Translations under genes and position numbers: made by a program
Notes under the pieces: model-generated
Told to the model about the DNA's origin: nothing
Database searches by the model: none
What the model saw: only the letters and a program-made list of their open reading frames with translations
Shown: positions 1 to 11,704 of the stretch, piece after piece
Numbering within the stretch: the first letter of the stretch is position 1
Layout of the letters: each line of letters opens with the position of its first letter
NCBI GenBank assembly: GCA_028020825.1
Contig: CM051622.1
Location: 17,952,261-18,016,260 of the forward strand
Length of the DNA: 64,000 nucleotides
Direction of reading: 5' to 3'
Source: Podargus strigoides
Lineage: Eukaryota

Positions 1-165
1 ACGAGGACCTCTTATTTTCAGAAACTTCTTCGAACTAAAATAACCAGCTGCAGTGGTATTTGCTTTGTTCAGACAGAAATATGCCTTCTCTTTCTTTGAT
101 GGCAGCCTGGACTGGTTGAAGTTTTTAAAAAATTGCCTAAACCTCAAATACAAAAAAACCCGGAC

Positions 166-230
<65 letters not shown>
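166..230. repeat. (ATA)n trinucleotide microsatellite, about 21 units
   Basis: Uninterrupted ataataata... run. ORF 133..327 (poly-Ile then poly-Leu) is its translation artefact. Confidence 0.95.
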
Positions 231-302
231 TTATTTGTTATTACTATTGTTATTACTATTGTTATTACTATTGTTATTACTATTGTTATTACTATTGTTA
301 AA
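231..302. repeat. 12-mer minisatellite (ttattactattg), about 6 copies, directly abutting the (ATA)n tract
   Basis: ttatttgttattactattgttattactattgttattactattgttattactattgttattactattgtt. Confidence 0.9.
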
Positions 303-3149
303 CAATTTTCAGACTAGTAATAGCTAATTTATAATTTGCGGGGTTTATTTTAGGCTTCGATCGGGTACGTGATGGTACAGAATTCTGCCTGTTTAGTGTA
401 AAATATCAGAGCGTCAAAACCCTTAGGTTGGAGAGCCTTCAGATCAAGAATTCCATATTTATCTGTGGTGCTGTTGTGATTAGGCTGAAATACCTTGATG
501 TCTTAAGAATGTTACACTTTTGAGATAATACGGTATTTATAACTTTGTGTGAAGTGTAGGTCCAAATAAGAAGTCAGGCTTGGAAACAAGAGGGGCCTTT
601 TTTTCCTTTCCTTCCCCCCCAAGTGATGGAACCTAAAATCTGTATTCTGATGGGGAAGGGGAGTCATACCATTCCACACACTTCAAAAATACATCAAGTA
701 CCACCTCTTAAAAGTGTCATTGGCATGCTGGTAACAAGGTGTCTTACGCCCCTTCTTTCTGTCACCATCACCCTCCTCCAAGCAGCCCATTCTGGAGCAG
801 GTTCTAAGCTGTACGCACTTTAGCTTTCCAGACTAGGTCAGTGCCATTAGCTTTACTCTATGTGTGTGCCTTACCCAGTATTGGTTGTGGCTTTGTAGCA
901 TGGACTGCAATTGCATCAGGTCACCTTTCTGTTGCTCTTAAATGGGGCCGTGCTCCTGTGCTTCAGAAATACATGGCAAGTCAGATACACCTAGTCCTAA
1001 CCTCCACAATGGCTGAAAAAAGCTGTGTGCTACATTCAGTGGAGTATATTCTATGTAGTCTGCTTCAGGCTAGTGGTTCCCAGTTTGCGGATTCCCAAGT
1101 CTGATCCAAAGTCCAAGCCAATACACTGAGTTGGCCACTGCCCAGCACAGCGTAAGGCCAGTCAGTGTGTTCCTGTGACACAACTGCAGAAGCAGGAGAG
1201 CTGGAGAGAACTGCACAGAGAAGCTCTTGTTATTTGCAGTTGCTGGAGCTGGTAGTAGTGGTGTGAGAGAGAGCTTGGGAGAGAGAGCACTCCTGGGGTG
1301 GAATTGGGCTGGGGAGTTCATCCTGCTGATAAATGAAACGTTAGCACGCCCTACTTAAGAGAGCAAGCAATAGAATTTTGGAAATGTTTCCTCTCACTGT
1401 ATACAGAACACCTTTCATGCTACACTAAAATTCTTCTAAATCAGCAGGCTCCAACACAAATTGCAGCGTTCCCCAGTGGAGATGGGTAGCCTTAACTCTG
1501 CTCTTTAATGGCATTGTCATTAGGAAGGAATGTTTCTAGCCCATCATTAGTTCTCATAGCTACAGCAGCATAAAAATGCTTGGAAGTGTTCTATTATTTG
1601 TAAGTGATAAAGAAGACAGAAATGGTGTTGAGTAAAATGTTGACAGGTGAGTCAACAGGATATATACACAGGTAAGGCAGTGTATGTATCTTTAGGATGA
1701 AGATCAATCATCCTGTCTTTACTGTAGCTGCATTTTTGTATCTCTATGTACTGGGTGTAGAATTATTCAGCAGCCAAGTAGTCTTATGTTTGCATTAGAT
1801 TTTATTTTGTCCAGCTTTCAGTTAATTAAAAAAGGACTTTTAACTCATTTTGTACCAGAGTCACAAGGGTGTAACACTACCTGTGCAGCTAACTGAAGTC
1901 CTGCATGTGAAATGCTGTAACCCTGTACCACCAGACAGGTGAAAGGCCAGCTGGCTAGGAAGCAGATTGGGGAGGGAAAGGAGCTGGGAGTCCCCACAGA
2001 CAAGTAAGTTGAACATGAGTCAGCAGTTCTTGCAGCTGAGAATGCCAGCAGCATCCAACAGTGTAGCCAGTGGATCAAAGGAGATGCTGCTTCCTCTCTT
2101 CTCAGCAGTGCTGAGATGCATGTGGAGTACTGTGTCAAATTCTGAGCTCCCCATGACGGAAGAGACAGTCGTGCTGGAGTGAAAGGTTATGACAGTTTAG
2201 GGTGCTGGAGCACAGGAGGCTGACAGAGTTAGGTTTGCTCTGCCAAAAGGAGAGAAGAATTGGGGATGGTGATAGTGGTATCTATATCTACTGCATGGGA
2301 AGGTGCAGAGAGGACAGAGTCAAATCCTTCTGAGAGGTGCATAGTGAAAGGATGAGAGAGGCAGTGGAAACAAGCTGGAACACAGGGAAATGTGAATAGG
2401 TACAACTTGAAGGGGCAGATTGCTGAGCAGCTTTTGATGTAGTTGGTCCTGCTTTGAGCAGGGCGTTTTGCTTGTTGGTTTTGGAGATCCCTTATGGCCT
2501 AAATTATTCTGTGACTGTAATAAGAAAGTTACTAGTAGCTTATTTCATGAGAAAACCCACTAGAAGAAAGAGACAGGTGAGCATGATTGTAAAAACAAAT
2601 TGCTGAATCAAGAGTGTATGGTTAAGTGAAATTGTAAGAGGTGTATTACACTTTATTTCTGATTGTTGATATTTCAGATTATCAGAAGTAGCATTGATTA
2701 CAAATATAAATTATAAATATAAAACTAGGTCAGTGGTGTTAATCCACTGTAGGTTTAACATCAGCTTCTTCAGTATAGAGAAGCAATTCAAGCTTGAAAT
2801 TTTTACAGAAGAAATACTAAAAAAAAATCAGTTTCAAAAATCCATTTCAGTAAAATGAGTGAGAACTTATTATTTGTACATCGCAGCTGTGGTTCCGAAC
2901 AACTCTTAGATATTAAGAATATTTTGGATAAGACCACTCCAACTACTGAAATATTTTACAGCCTACTTAGTTCAGTATGAGATGCAGATGGAAATAATTC
3001 TGGGAACTCTTGTGTCAACATTGGGTTGAACTCCCGTTATATTTATTTCTACATACACAAAATTATATAGCCACTGAGATCCTCAAGAATTGAGTACATG
3101 ATGCAATACTCTGCTGCACTGTATTAACTGTTGTTTGGTTTTCTTACAG

Positions 3150-3305
3150 GGTAAAATTCTCTACAAAGTACGGTGGAAAGGATATACCTCTGATGATGAT
3201 ACCTGGGAACCAGAGGTTCATTTGGAAGACTGCAAAGAAGTGCTGCTTGAATTCAGAAAAAAAATAGTGGATAATAAGCCTAAACCTGTTAAAAAAGACA
3301 TACAG
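3150..3305 (+). CDS. MPHOSPH8: MPHOSPH8 coding exon for the second half of the chromodomain (GKILYKVRWKGYTSDDDTWEPEVHLEDCKEVLLEFRKKIVDNKPKPVKKDIQ)
   Basis: Acceptor ttcttacag|GGT at 3149/3150 and donor CAG|gtgtgt at 3305/3306. The 156 nt (52 codons) stay open, and the translation matches the human MPP8 chromodomain segment KVLYKVRWKGYTSDDDTWEPEIHLEDCKEVLLEFRKK nearly residue for residue. The exact 5' boundary and phase are uncertain by a few nt. Confidence 0.85.
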
Positions 3306-4210
3306 GTGTGTTTCACATTCCAGTGTCTTACACTGAAGATTTATTCCATATCTAGGCTCTGCTAATGGGCGGAGAGAGAAGAGGAGATGTTTGGGATATG
3401 GAAATATGGAATTAAGAAGATTTAGAATCTCTTTTATCTTAAAGTGGTTTGTTTCTTTTGAAACTGAATGTTGTTGCTGCTCTCTGGTTAGGTTTATTTT
3501 TGTGAACTGACAAGTTTGCTTGTAGACTCTAAATCCATGTAAACTTTATTCAGTTTTTAATGGGACTATATAAATGATGTATGGTCATTTTAGTTTGTAT
3601 TTGACAATATAAACAGCCTCTTTCCCTGCCCACGTGCATGCTGTCTTGTCAGTGAAGCTGAGCACTGCTCAGTTCATCCTCCTGCTTTATGTAGCAGATT
3701 GATGAATTTCTGTGTGTTAACCATTAAATTTGGTAAGATAGGAATACAGAAAGATTAACTGCCAGAAGGCAGTATATGGCTTTTTCTTCTCTTTTTCAAC
3801 TGGTCAGTCAGTTTGAAAGTGAAGCATAAGAATCTTTTTTGAAAACTGGTACCCTAATTCTGAGAAACCTATAGGTATGTTTTGCAAAATCAGGTTAATT
3901 GGTTTTGATGTAAAATAGTTCAGATCTAGTTCTGTTCTGGAATCTGGTTCTTAGATGTCGGAGTGGTTTACTTGACTTGTTTATGTATTGATTCTCATCC
4001 AAGCAGTTAGCAATGTAATTTAGGTAAGTAAGCTAGAATTGTATTTACAAATTTTACAGTTTGGCGATGAGGAATGATGTTTGCAGTGATAAAAGTATTT
4101 GTTTAAAAGTTTACTTTCCCCAGTCATCACCCGTACCATTTTTGTATAGTTTACACCAGTGATACAGTTTAATGGCGAAAGACATCTTTTCTTTTTTTCC
4201 TGCCTTTTAG

Positions 4211-5065
4211 AAACTATCTCTAAATGATGATTTATTTGAAGCAGAATCTGACAGTGACTGGCAAAATGAAACAAAAGATGATGTTTCACCAAAGAAGAAA
4301 AAGAAGAAGTCAAAAGATGGAGAGGATAGAAGTCCAGATGATCTAAAGAAGAAAAAGTCTAAATCTGCGAAACTTAAAGAAAAACCCAGAACTGAATGTG
4401 AAAATTCCTCAGATGCTTTGGTTTCAGATTCAAAACCAAAAAAAAGGACTTCAGAAACCAGGGAGGATTCAAAGGACCTAAAGAAGCAAAGGAAAGAAGA
4501 TCCTAAAGAAATAAAGAAAAAGAAGGGAGAAGTTAAAGATTTAAAAATAAAATTTAAAGAAGAATCTAAAGAAAACAAAAAATCATGGAAAGAGAAGCAT
4601 GGGGATGCTCAGCTTGACTCAGAATCAACTACTCTAGATGACGTATTTTCTCAAGGAACTGATAATGAAAATTCAGACTTAAATTCTGAAAATAAAGACG
4701 AGAAACAAAAGGTAGTAAGTGGAGAAGAGAGGCTGGAACAAGAAATTGCTGAAAAAGATTACATTACTGATAGTCATCTTGATGGATCAGCAAGTAATGA
4801 AGATGATAGTATTGATGTTAGGGTTAAAAGAAAGAAGAAAAAAATCCAGAAAGCTGAAGATTATAAAGAGGAAGGTAGAAAAGTGGAAACTCAAGATAGC
4901 TATTTAGAGAAGCAAAGCATGCACAAAAAGCAAAAAGGTCAAGAAAAACTAAAACTGGTCCTGGGAGAGTTGGAGAAAGTGTCACCTGCTCCTTCACCAG
5001 TGCAGAAGGGTTTGAAATTGGGCGCTGATGAAAGAGGGCGCAAGGCCACTGAATCAGCTGGGGAG
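4211..5065 (+). CDS. MPHOSPH8: MPHOSPH8 long Lys/Glu/Ser-rich exon (KLSLNDDLFEAESDSDWQNETKDDVSPKKKKKK...ATESAGE)
   Basis: Acceptor tgccttttag|AAA at 4210/4211 and donor GGGGAG|gtaagc at 5065/5066. The 855 nt (285 codons) are open in the frame of ORF 4418..5242. The exon starts with KLSLNDD, matching human RLSLNNDIFEANSDSD that directly follows the chromodomain. Its phase-0 boundaries fit the neighbouring exons. Confidence 0.85.
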
Positions 5066-7739
5066 GTAAGCAATGTCAGGGCATTGGGGTGGGGGCTGGG
5101 GATGAAATGGAACATCTTTGAGGTACAGATGTCCCAAAAGGCTGCTGTTTGTGATGGGAAAGAGAAAAACACAAACTGGAAAGTTAATGAGCTGGACAAA
5201 GCTAAAGAAAAGACCTACTGCACAATGTATAGGAAAGCCTGAAAATTTTTTTGATTCTGAACACTATAAAGGAGGGAACACTTTAGAAGAGAAGGGTGTC
5301 TTTAAATACGAAAGTATGAATTTCTGCTGTTTATTATGTGTATATACTTAGAATGAAATTTACTGTTCCTCCAAAGCATGCTGTCATTTTTTAGCTTTGT
5401 TCCCCTGACCTTCAAAAGTTTCCTCAGTTTGACTCTTCTATTGGTGTAGTAAGACATTCAGTCTTGAGCAACTGTGCACTTAACATTGCACTATGAAGTG
5501 CAGTTTTGAGCTAAAACACATGCTACATCTCTGTCAAAAGCCAGCCACTGTGTTATTCCATACATGTGGTAGCGCCTACCTGAGAACTGGAATGCTGAAA
5601 TCGTGTCTAACTCCAAGTCTTCTGGATCATTGTACAGCTGGCTTGTCTTACTAGAATTCCTGGAGTGCTTACAGAAAATGCTTAGTTTTCTGATATGCTT
5701 TCATATTAATTAGAAATGTTGTACCTGTTACAAGAAATAAGCTAAGCAAATAATGGGATATTTATTTGGATATTTATTTTTCCTTATTTAATACAGTAGT
5801 GTTTTAAGAAAAGTTGGATGGTAAGGGTATAAGGAAAAAAAAAAAACAAACTAGGAAAAAATTAAACTATTTCTGGAATTTTTCTAAGTATAATTTCTTT
5901 CAGATGCTTCAAACTATTCTGATACTGTTTGCAGTTCATAGAACCTTGGCTACTCAGAAAAACCCCTTTCTGATTTGTAGCAGGATTGCAGATAAAACAC
6001 CTTGCTACTTACTGGTTTATATCCCACTTCTGAGGCTGTAATTCCGTGGCAGCAAGTTTTTCCTATCGGTTCAGCTGTAGTCCTCTGCTCAGGATTGTTT
6101 GTCTGTATGGACTAGGCCACCTTAAAGAAGTTGATTTTGGGGTGGAGAATTATGTGGCATAATCTCAGAGCAGAGCTACACAAAACAGTGTTTTTGCAGG
6201 AGCTTAGTGGTGAAAGCTCTTGTAAACTAGGTTAAGCAATTATTATGAGGCACAACCCAGTTTCAAAAAGTTAATTAAATAACTGAAATGGTATGGACCT
6301 TTATTACTTAAGTATTTTCTCATAGTTTGAGGCCATAGCATTCATGAGAGCGAGACATCAGTGGTGATAATCAGATAAATCTTTGGAATTCTGTTCTATT
6401 TACCAGTAGTATAAAAATTCTGTCACCCCACACATGAAGAAATCAACAGCAGATGAAAGTAGGTTTGCTTATGGCTCTTCAGCCAGCATTCTCAGTAAGT
6501 TGTATCTGTGCCTTTCTCATGGTTGTGCTGCACGGAAGGTCATGCTCCAAGGTATCAAGGAAACCAGGAATGTTGTGCATCTGATCAGTATTGGAAATCT
6601 GGAATAGAATTCAGGGTTACTGATTTTAATGGCCTTTTCATGTATACCTGGTAATGCCTTTAGTAAGTTACGCTTCTCCTTCTAAATACTGAGCATCTGC
6701 TGGGATTAAAGGTGTCTGTGGTACTAGTTAATCATGTCAGTAATCAAAAGCTGAGGTTTTTTGGTGGGGAGGGGAGGGGGTGAGAAATACGATTAACTGT
6801 CTCAGCTCTGCTAACACATTATTATACTCCAGATTCATCTATTTGAGTTGAACTTCTTCCTGTATCAAAGAAATGGTAGCATTTCATGATCAATTCAGTC
6901 TGTAGTTCTCCTGGGGACTTCTTTTGAGGCAGTTTTTCAGAAAGCCAGTGCTATTTCATGTACTAGGTTAGTGTCAGGCGCTGATACAAAGCCATGTCAA
7001 GGAACTGTGTCCCAGCTACTCTGTAGTTTGGAATGAGGATTACAGGAAGGGAAAGGCAGCCTTTGGTGAAGGCAGTTGAATTCTGTTTTGGTGAATTTCG
7101 TTATATATCTACATCTGCTAGTAGTTTCTTCTGTGATATTGGATATTGCTAAGCTCAGTTTACTGTGAGGGTATGGCGGGGTTGGGTGGGTTTTTCCAAG
7201 TGTCTGTTTTTCAGGAATGACTGTTGGTTGCCATAACGTTCTGTATGTGTAAATTGGACAACTTCGAACCTTCTGTATACAAATGTCAAGTTTTCCCAGT
7301 TAATGCTCAAGTCAGTGATATTGTAACTGGTTTGAATATGGTGCTGCAAAGGTGTTAAATACTTTGAAATAATTACCTTCGATTCAGGTTCAGTATTTGG
7401 AACACATGAAAAGTTCATAATTTTTGAATCGCTGTCAAAATGCTGGGTTTAGCATATCTGCACCTCATGCCATAGAGCACCTTGCATGGCTGGGATGCAG
7501 TAAAATCTGAATTGAAGTTGGTTTATTTTTGAGATAACACTTCTCTTACGGAGGAAGCCTTCCCAGACTTAACTCTTGACTCACTTGTTTAATTCTTTTC
7601 TTAGGAATGTCCACTAGTCTGTTATATACAAGTTTCAGTAGTATTAATTTTAAGTATATTTTCTAGTTGGAGTGGTGAAAGGAGTTTATATTCCATTTTT
7701 TCTCTACCACTTTAATTTGATCTTTGTTCTCAATATCAG

Positions 7740-7836
7740 GAGAAAGAAGTAAAGAAAACTGAGACAAAAGAAAAGTCTCCAAAAAAAGAGTCTGAAAAAG
7801 AAGAAAAGATCAAAAAAGAACAAAAGGGCCTAAAAA
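7740..7836 (+). CDS. MPHOSPH8: MPHOSPH8 small exon (EKEVKKTETKEKSPKKESEKEEKIKKEQKGLK)
   Basis: Acceptor caatatcag|GAG at 7739/7740 and a perfect donor AAAAA|gtaagt at 7836/7837. It is open in phase 0 after the previous exon and ends in phase 1, which is the phase the next recognised exon needs. The composition matches the charged MPP8 linker. Confidence 0.6.
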
Positions 7837-9627
7837 GTAAGTGCTAACTGCTTAAAAGAGAGAAGGGAAAGCCCCTTCAGGACATTCTACTATTACTTCT
7901 GCAAGAGCAGATATTGTATAGTTTTGTAGCACGTAGCAGAAGCAAGAATTTTAGCTTTTATTTTAGGAAGCAAAAATCTGCTATTTAATGGCTTTGTTAA
8001 TATATGCTTCATGAGAATGCTGTGTGTACTTTCATGTATGAAGCATGGAAGTGTATAGAAATCTCTTAACATTTTGGTAGACCAGTCAAGATTTTGCCCC
8101 TTTTCATTTAATATTGTCAGCTACGCTTCTGTGCCGTGTAACAGTAATCTTTTTTTGGAGGAATTTGTCCAGTTATTGGCTGCTGTGATGATACTGTGAA
8201 TACGCACTTCCTATGTTTAGAAAAACTAGTAGAGGTTCTCATCAGAAAAATGTCTTGCATCTTGCTTTAGCCAGCATGATGAGTTAAATATCACCAGAAC
8301 TGGATGATTTGATACATGAAGAAAAATGTCTAGGTTTTATTTCTATTCTTAATAGTGTAATGGGAGTATTAATGTTACCACTCTTGATCTCAGTAAAATT
8401 CTGGATGATTTTATTCAGGATAAATTCCCTCACTACTCTGCTGAGGATGAACTGAGGAAAACTAAGTAACTCCACCTTTGGTAATCATGATATAGGAGGA
8501 GCTATGATGCTTCAAATAGCTGTTGCTAGAGAAATATCTTTCACTGAAAGTAGCATAGATGCTTACAGTGCCTAAGAAAAGTAGTAACAAACAGAATGAT
8601 TAATTATTGTTCATTATACAGCACGTGTCCTTCATCTGTTCATCACAGACACTGAACCATATTTTCAAAGTAGTAATTTCCACATAATTCTAAACTATGT
8701 TTCTTAAAAAGAAGATGGTACCATGTTGAAAGCAGTCAGAACTCTGACTTGCCAAAATAGCTGGAGGTGAACTAGCTCTCCTCAATTTTTGGCTTATGTC
8801 GTTAAGCTTGGTCCTACGCTTCAGCAATGATTAACTTCTGGAAAGAGAACAGACCTTTTCTAAATGGACTCTGCTCACTCACTTAAACTTTACTATGTTA
8901 TAGTCTAGTGTCTCAAGTAGTCACTCATGGTAACATGGTAAATATTCTAGGCTTTAAGGATATCAGAAGTGTATTTGACATGTCTAATGTAGCGTCAGAA
9001 GGAAAAAGGGAGTATTCTGAGAATAACTGCAGAAGAGGAGAATCTTTGGTAGAACACAAATTCAAAGAAAGATTGGAATTGAAAGACAGCAAGGTGTACA
9101 GGGGAAGGAGGAAGATGAGATGGAAGAGACATTGCTGCAGAAGGTGATTGAGAAGTAGTGAATGTGTGTCAAATGAAGAACTCTGGTGAGCAGTAGGAAC
9201 AAATGCAGGGGAAAGTTTAGCACTGGCAGTTATTATTTTCTCCATTCCTGCTTGCATCTTCTAGTGCTCCAATTCTTGTCTCCCCAGGAGGCTGAAATGG
9301 TGTTTTGAAACTCACTGATAACTTCTCAGTGTGTTTCTGCTATTACAGTAAGGGAGTGTTCACCATGTCTTATCACTTCAGCCTAATTTATTTCCACAAA
9401 TAAAGAGTTTGTTTCAAGTAAAAGCATTTTATGCCCGTTTGGAACCCAGCCTTCATTGTTTGGAACCATTCCACACTGACTTCCAGAGTCTATTTGAATG
9501 AAAAGTAGTAGTATTTTAAGCTGCTGATCATTGAAGCAATGGCAAGCAATGAATGGTTTGGAAGTTTGTAAGTTACTTATTACTTATTTTATGTTTTCTT
9601 TCTTCCATAAAATCAAATACATGATAG

Positions 9628-9753
9628 ATGGCAAGCAACAGGTCTTGAGTTTGGGTATGGACATGCAGTTAGAATGGCTGACGCTAGAAGACTTTCAGAA
9701 GCATCTTGATGGGGAAGATGAGAATCGTGTGTCAACAGAACCGATATCAAGTA
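9628..9753 (+). CDS. MPHOSPH8: MPHOSPH8 exon (xDGKQQVLSLGMDMQLEWLTLEDFQKHLDGEDENRVSTEPISS)
   Basis: Acceptor catgatag|AT at 9627/9628 and donor TAG|gtgagt at 9753/9754. It matches human SDGRQQILSLGMDLQLEWMKLEDFQKHLDGKDEN. Phase 1 in and phase 1 out agree with the flanking exons. Confidence 0.8.
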
Positions 9754-9841
9754 GTGAGTAGTTGCTGCGAGGAAGGGACACTTCTTAGCTGGTGTTTCAA
9801 AGTTTCAAATATCCTGTAACTGGATTGAACTTATTTTCTAG

Positions 9842-9930
9842 CTCTCCTGAGGGATGCTGTTAAAAGTGGGGATTACATGACAGTAAAGATGGCACTTTCT
9901 TCAAATGAGGAATACAATCTGGATCAAGAG
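9842..9930 (+). CDS. MPHOSPH8: MPHOSPH8 exon (LLRDAVKSGDYMTVKMALSSNEEYNLDQE)
   Basis: Acceptor ttattttctag|CT at 9841/9842 and donor CAAGAG|gtaatt at 9930/9931. It matches human VLRDAVKNGDYITVKVALNSNEEYNLDQE. Confidence 0.85.
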
Positions 9931-11061
9931 GTAATTTTTATGCAGTAGAAGTATTGGAGGGGGGCAGGAGGGAAGAGTTTTGGTTCGTTTGAAAAATTTT
10001 CCCTTCTTGCTAGTAGCAGATTTCTGTCTTGCCTTGGAAAAAATGCAAAGTGAGAAAAGGGAGTACAGAATTTGAGGTTTCAATATTTGTTACCCATTTC
10101 TTCCAAATAAAAAATTAAGTTTGATAGAAGTAAAGTTTGATAGAAGCATCCCTAGTGTCTGCATTTGCAGCAAATTTGCCCACTAGATTGAACTGAATAA
10201 GGAATGAACAGTATAGGGAATGATGATACCCATCAGGTCAAGTAGCTAAACTATGTCTGTAAAACATCTGTACATCAGAAAAAAAAAGAAAAAAAAAATT
10301 CAATGTTCTGTTTGATAGACTGGGACCACTTCACTCCATGAATAATTAGTTTTCTGCCAGTTCATCAGCTGTGCTCTTACTGTTTTTTTTTCTTTCAAGG
10401 ATCTATTTTTCTGTTAAAGAGTATTATAGTTCCATTTGACGATTAAAATCTCAGATATCAGTATTTTCAGTGGTGATCTTGTGTAGTTGTGTTATGTAGC
10501 ATTTTGAGAACTATACGTTATGGTAAGACTTCTGTATCTTAGTAGAAAAGATGCCAAATTAACTACTCAGGCAAGCATGTGTTCTTTTAATGGTAGTGTC
10601 TGGTGGAATATGCAAGAATGAGGAGACTGGCCATTCACAGAAGTTTCTTCATAGGTATACTCTGATAAAATCCAAAAGCAGTGTTGTAGAGCTGACTTGA
10701 GCCATTGTGTTTTTCCTCCAGTGACTGCTGGTGTCTTTTTTCCACTGTCTTGATGTCTTCCCCACCCTCAAATACCTTGCTGCCTGCCTTCCTGACTCAT
10801 TCTGTTGATCCTTCTTGTTCTGGTCCTCAAAATGTTACGGGTCTGGCAAATTATGGAGCTCAGAGTGTGAGGCCTGTGGACAAGAGAAGTGGGAGGTGAT
10901 AGTTTGTTGGCATCTGGCAGCCATGTATGTGTGAATTCTGCTGCTGCCGAGGGGAATCTTTGTGAATCCTGTTGACGTACTTGCAATTTTTGTCTCGCAA
11001 CTTTGATTTATCTTGAAGTATTTGATTTATTTTTTCTTAATGGCAATGATTCCTGTTGCAG

Positions 11062-11202
11062 GACTCAAGTGGAATGACCCTGGTAATGCTTGCTGCTGCT
11101 GGTGGGCACGATGACCTTCTCCGGGTCCTAATCAGGAAAGGAGCAAAGGTTAATGGTAGACAGAAAAATGGAACAACTGCATTGATACACGCAGCTGAAA
11201 AG
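11062..11202 (+). CDS. MPHOSPH8: MPHOSPH8 exon, ankyrin repeats 1 and 2 (DSSGMTLVMLAAAGGHDDLLRVLIRKGAKVNGRQKNGTTALIHAAEK)
   Basis: Acceptor tcctgttgcag|GAC at 11061/11062 and donor GAAAAG|gttggc at 11202/11203. The 47 codons are near-identical to human EDSSGMTLVMLAAAGGQDDLLRLLITKGAKVNGRQKNGTTALIHAAEK. Confidence 0.9.
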
Positions 11203-11704
11203 GTTGGCTTGGTTATTGTCCTATTTATGGTTCTTGGCTCTTTTGTTTAAAAGTGGTACACAATTTTTTTTCCTTGGACGATGCCTAAAAAGTTGTTAGC
11301 AGGGTGACCTTAACTGCATAATTTCAGAAGCTGTGGTTACTGTGGCATAAAACATTCTGATCACAAACCCTACCCTGAGTAAGAATATTGTAGGGCTTCC
11401 TAGAGGGCAAGTGGAGGCAAAGGATACCTCTGAATTTGCCTGTCATGAGGACTGAAGATCCTGTGTTAGAATTGCTTGTTAAAATTTCTGATTACACAGG
11501 ATCCAAACTTGGGAGACTCTGAGAGCAAATCTCTGATTAAACAGGGTTTACTGTTTGAGGGTTGGGAGGTGGAGACAGTGGCAAACTCCTCTGGAACTGA
11601 GACCAACTAGACCAGTAAGTTAGAGGATGATTCATGGGTGCGCTCTTTTGTTCAAGTTCACAGAATAACAAGCAACTGCTTACAACCAAACTGGAATTAA
11701 TATT

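Noticed and set aside
133-327. A 64-aa ORF encoding poly-Ile followed by poly-Leu.
   Set aside because: It is the translation of the (ATA)n microsatellite and the 12-mer minisatellite.
1070-1330. GA-rich segment with ORFs on both strands (841..1104+, 1070..1321-).
   Set aside because: It has no recognisable domain or splice context and its composition is low-complexity (gagagagag). It cannot be supported as coding.
4207-4578. A 123-aa minus-strand ORF rich in Phe, Ser and Leu.
   Set aside because: It is antisense to the purine-rich Lys/Glu-coding MPHOSPH8 exon. It is a low-complexity artefact.
8908-9147. A plus-strand ORF with charged composition, as a possible extra MPHOSPH8 exon.
   Set aside because: I could not find an acceptor and donor pair whose phases connect to exons 7740-7836 and 9628-9753. 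Similarity to human MPP8 is too weak to call from memory. It is kept only as a hypothesis in the findings.
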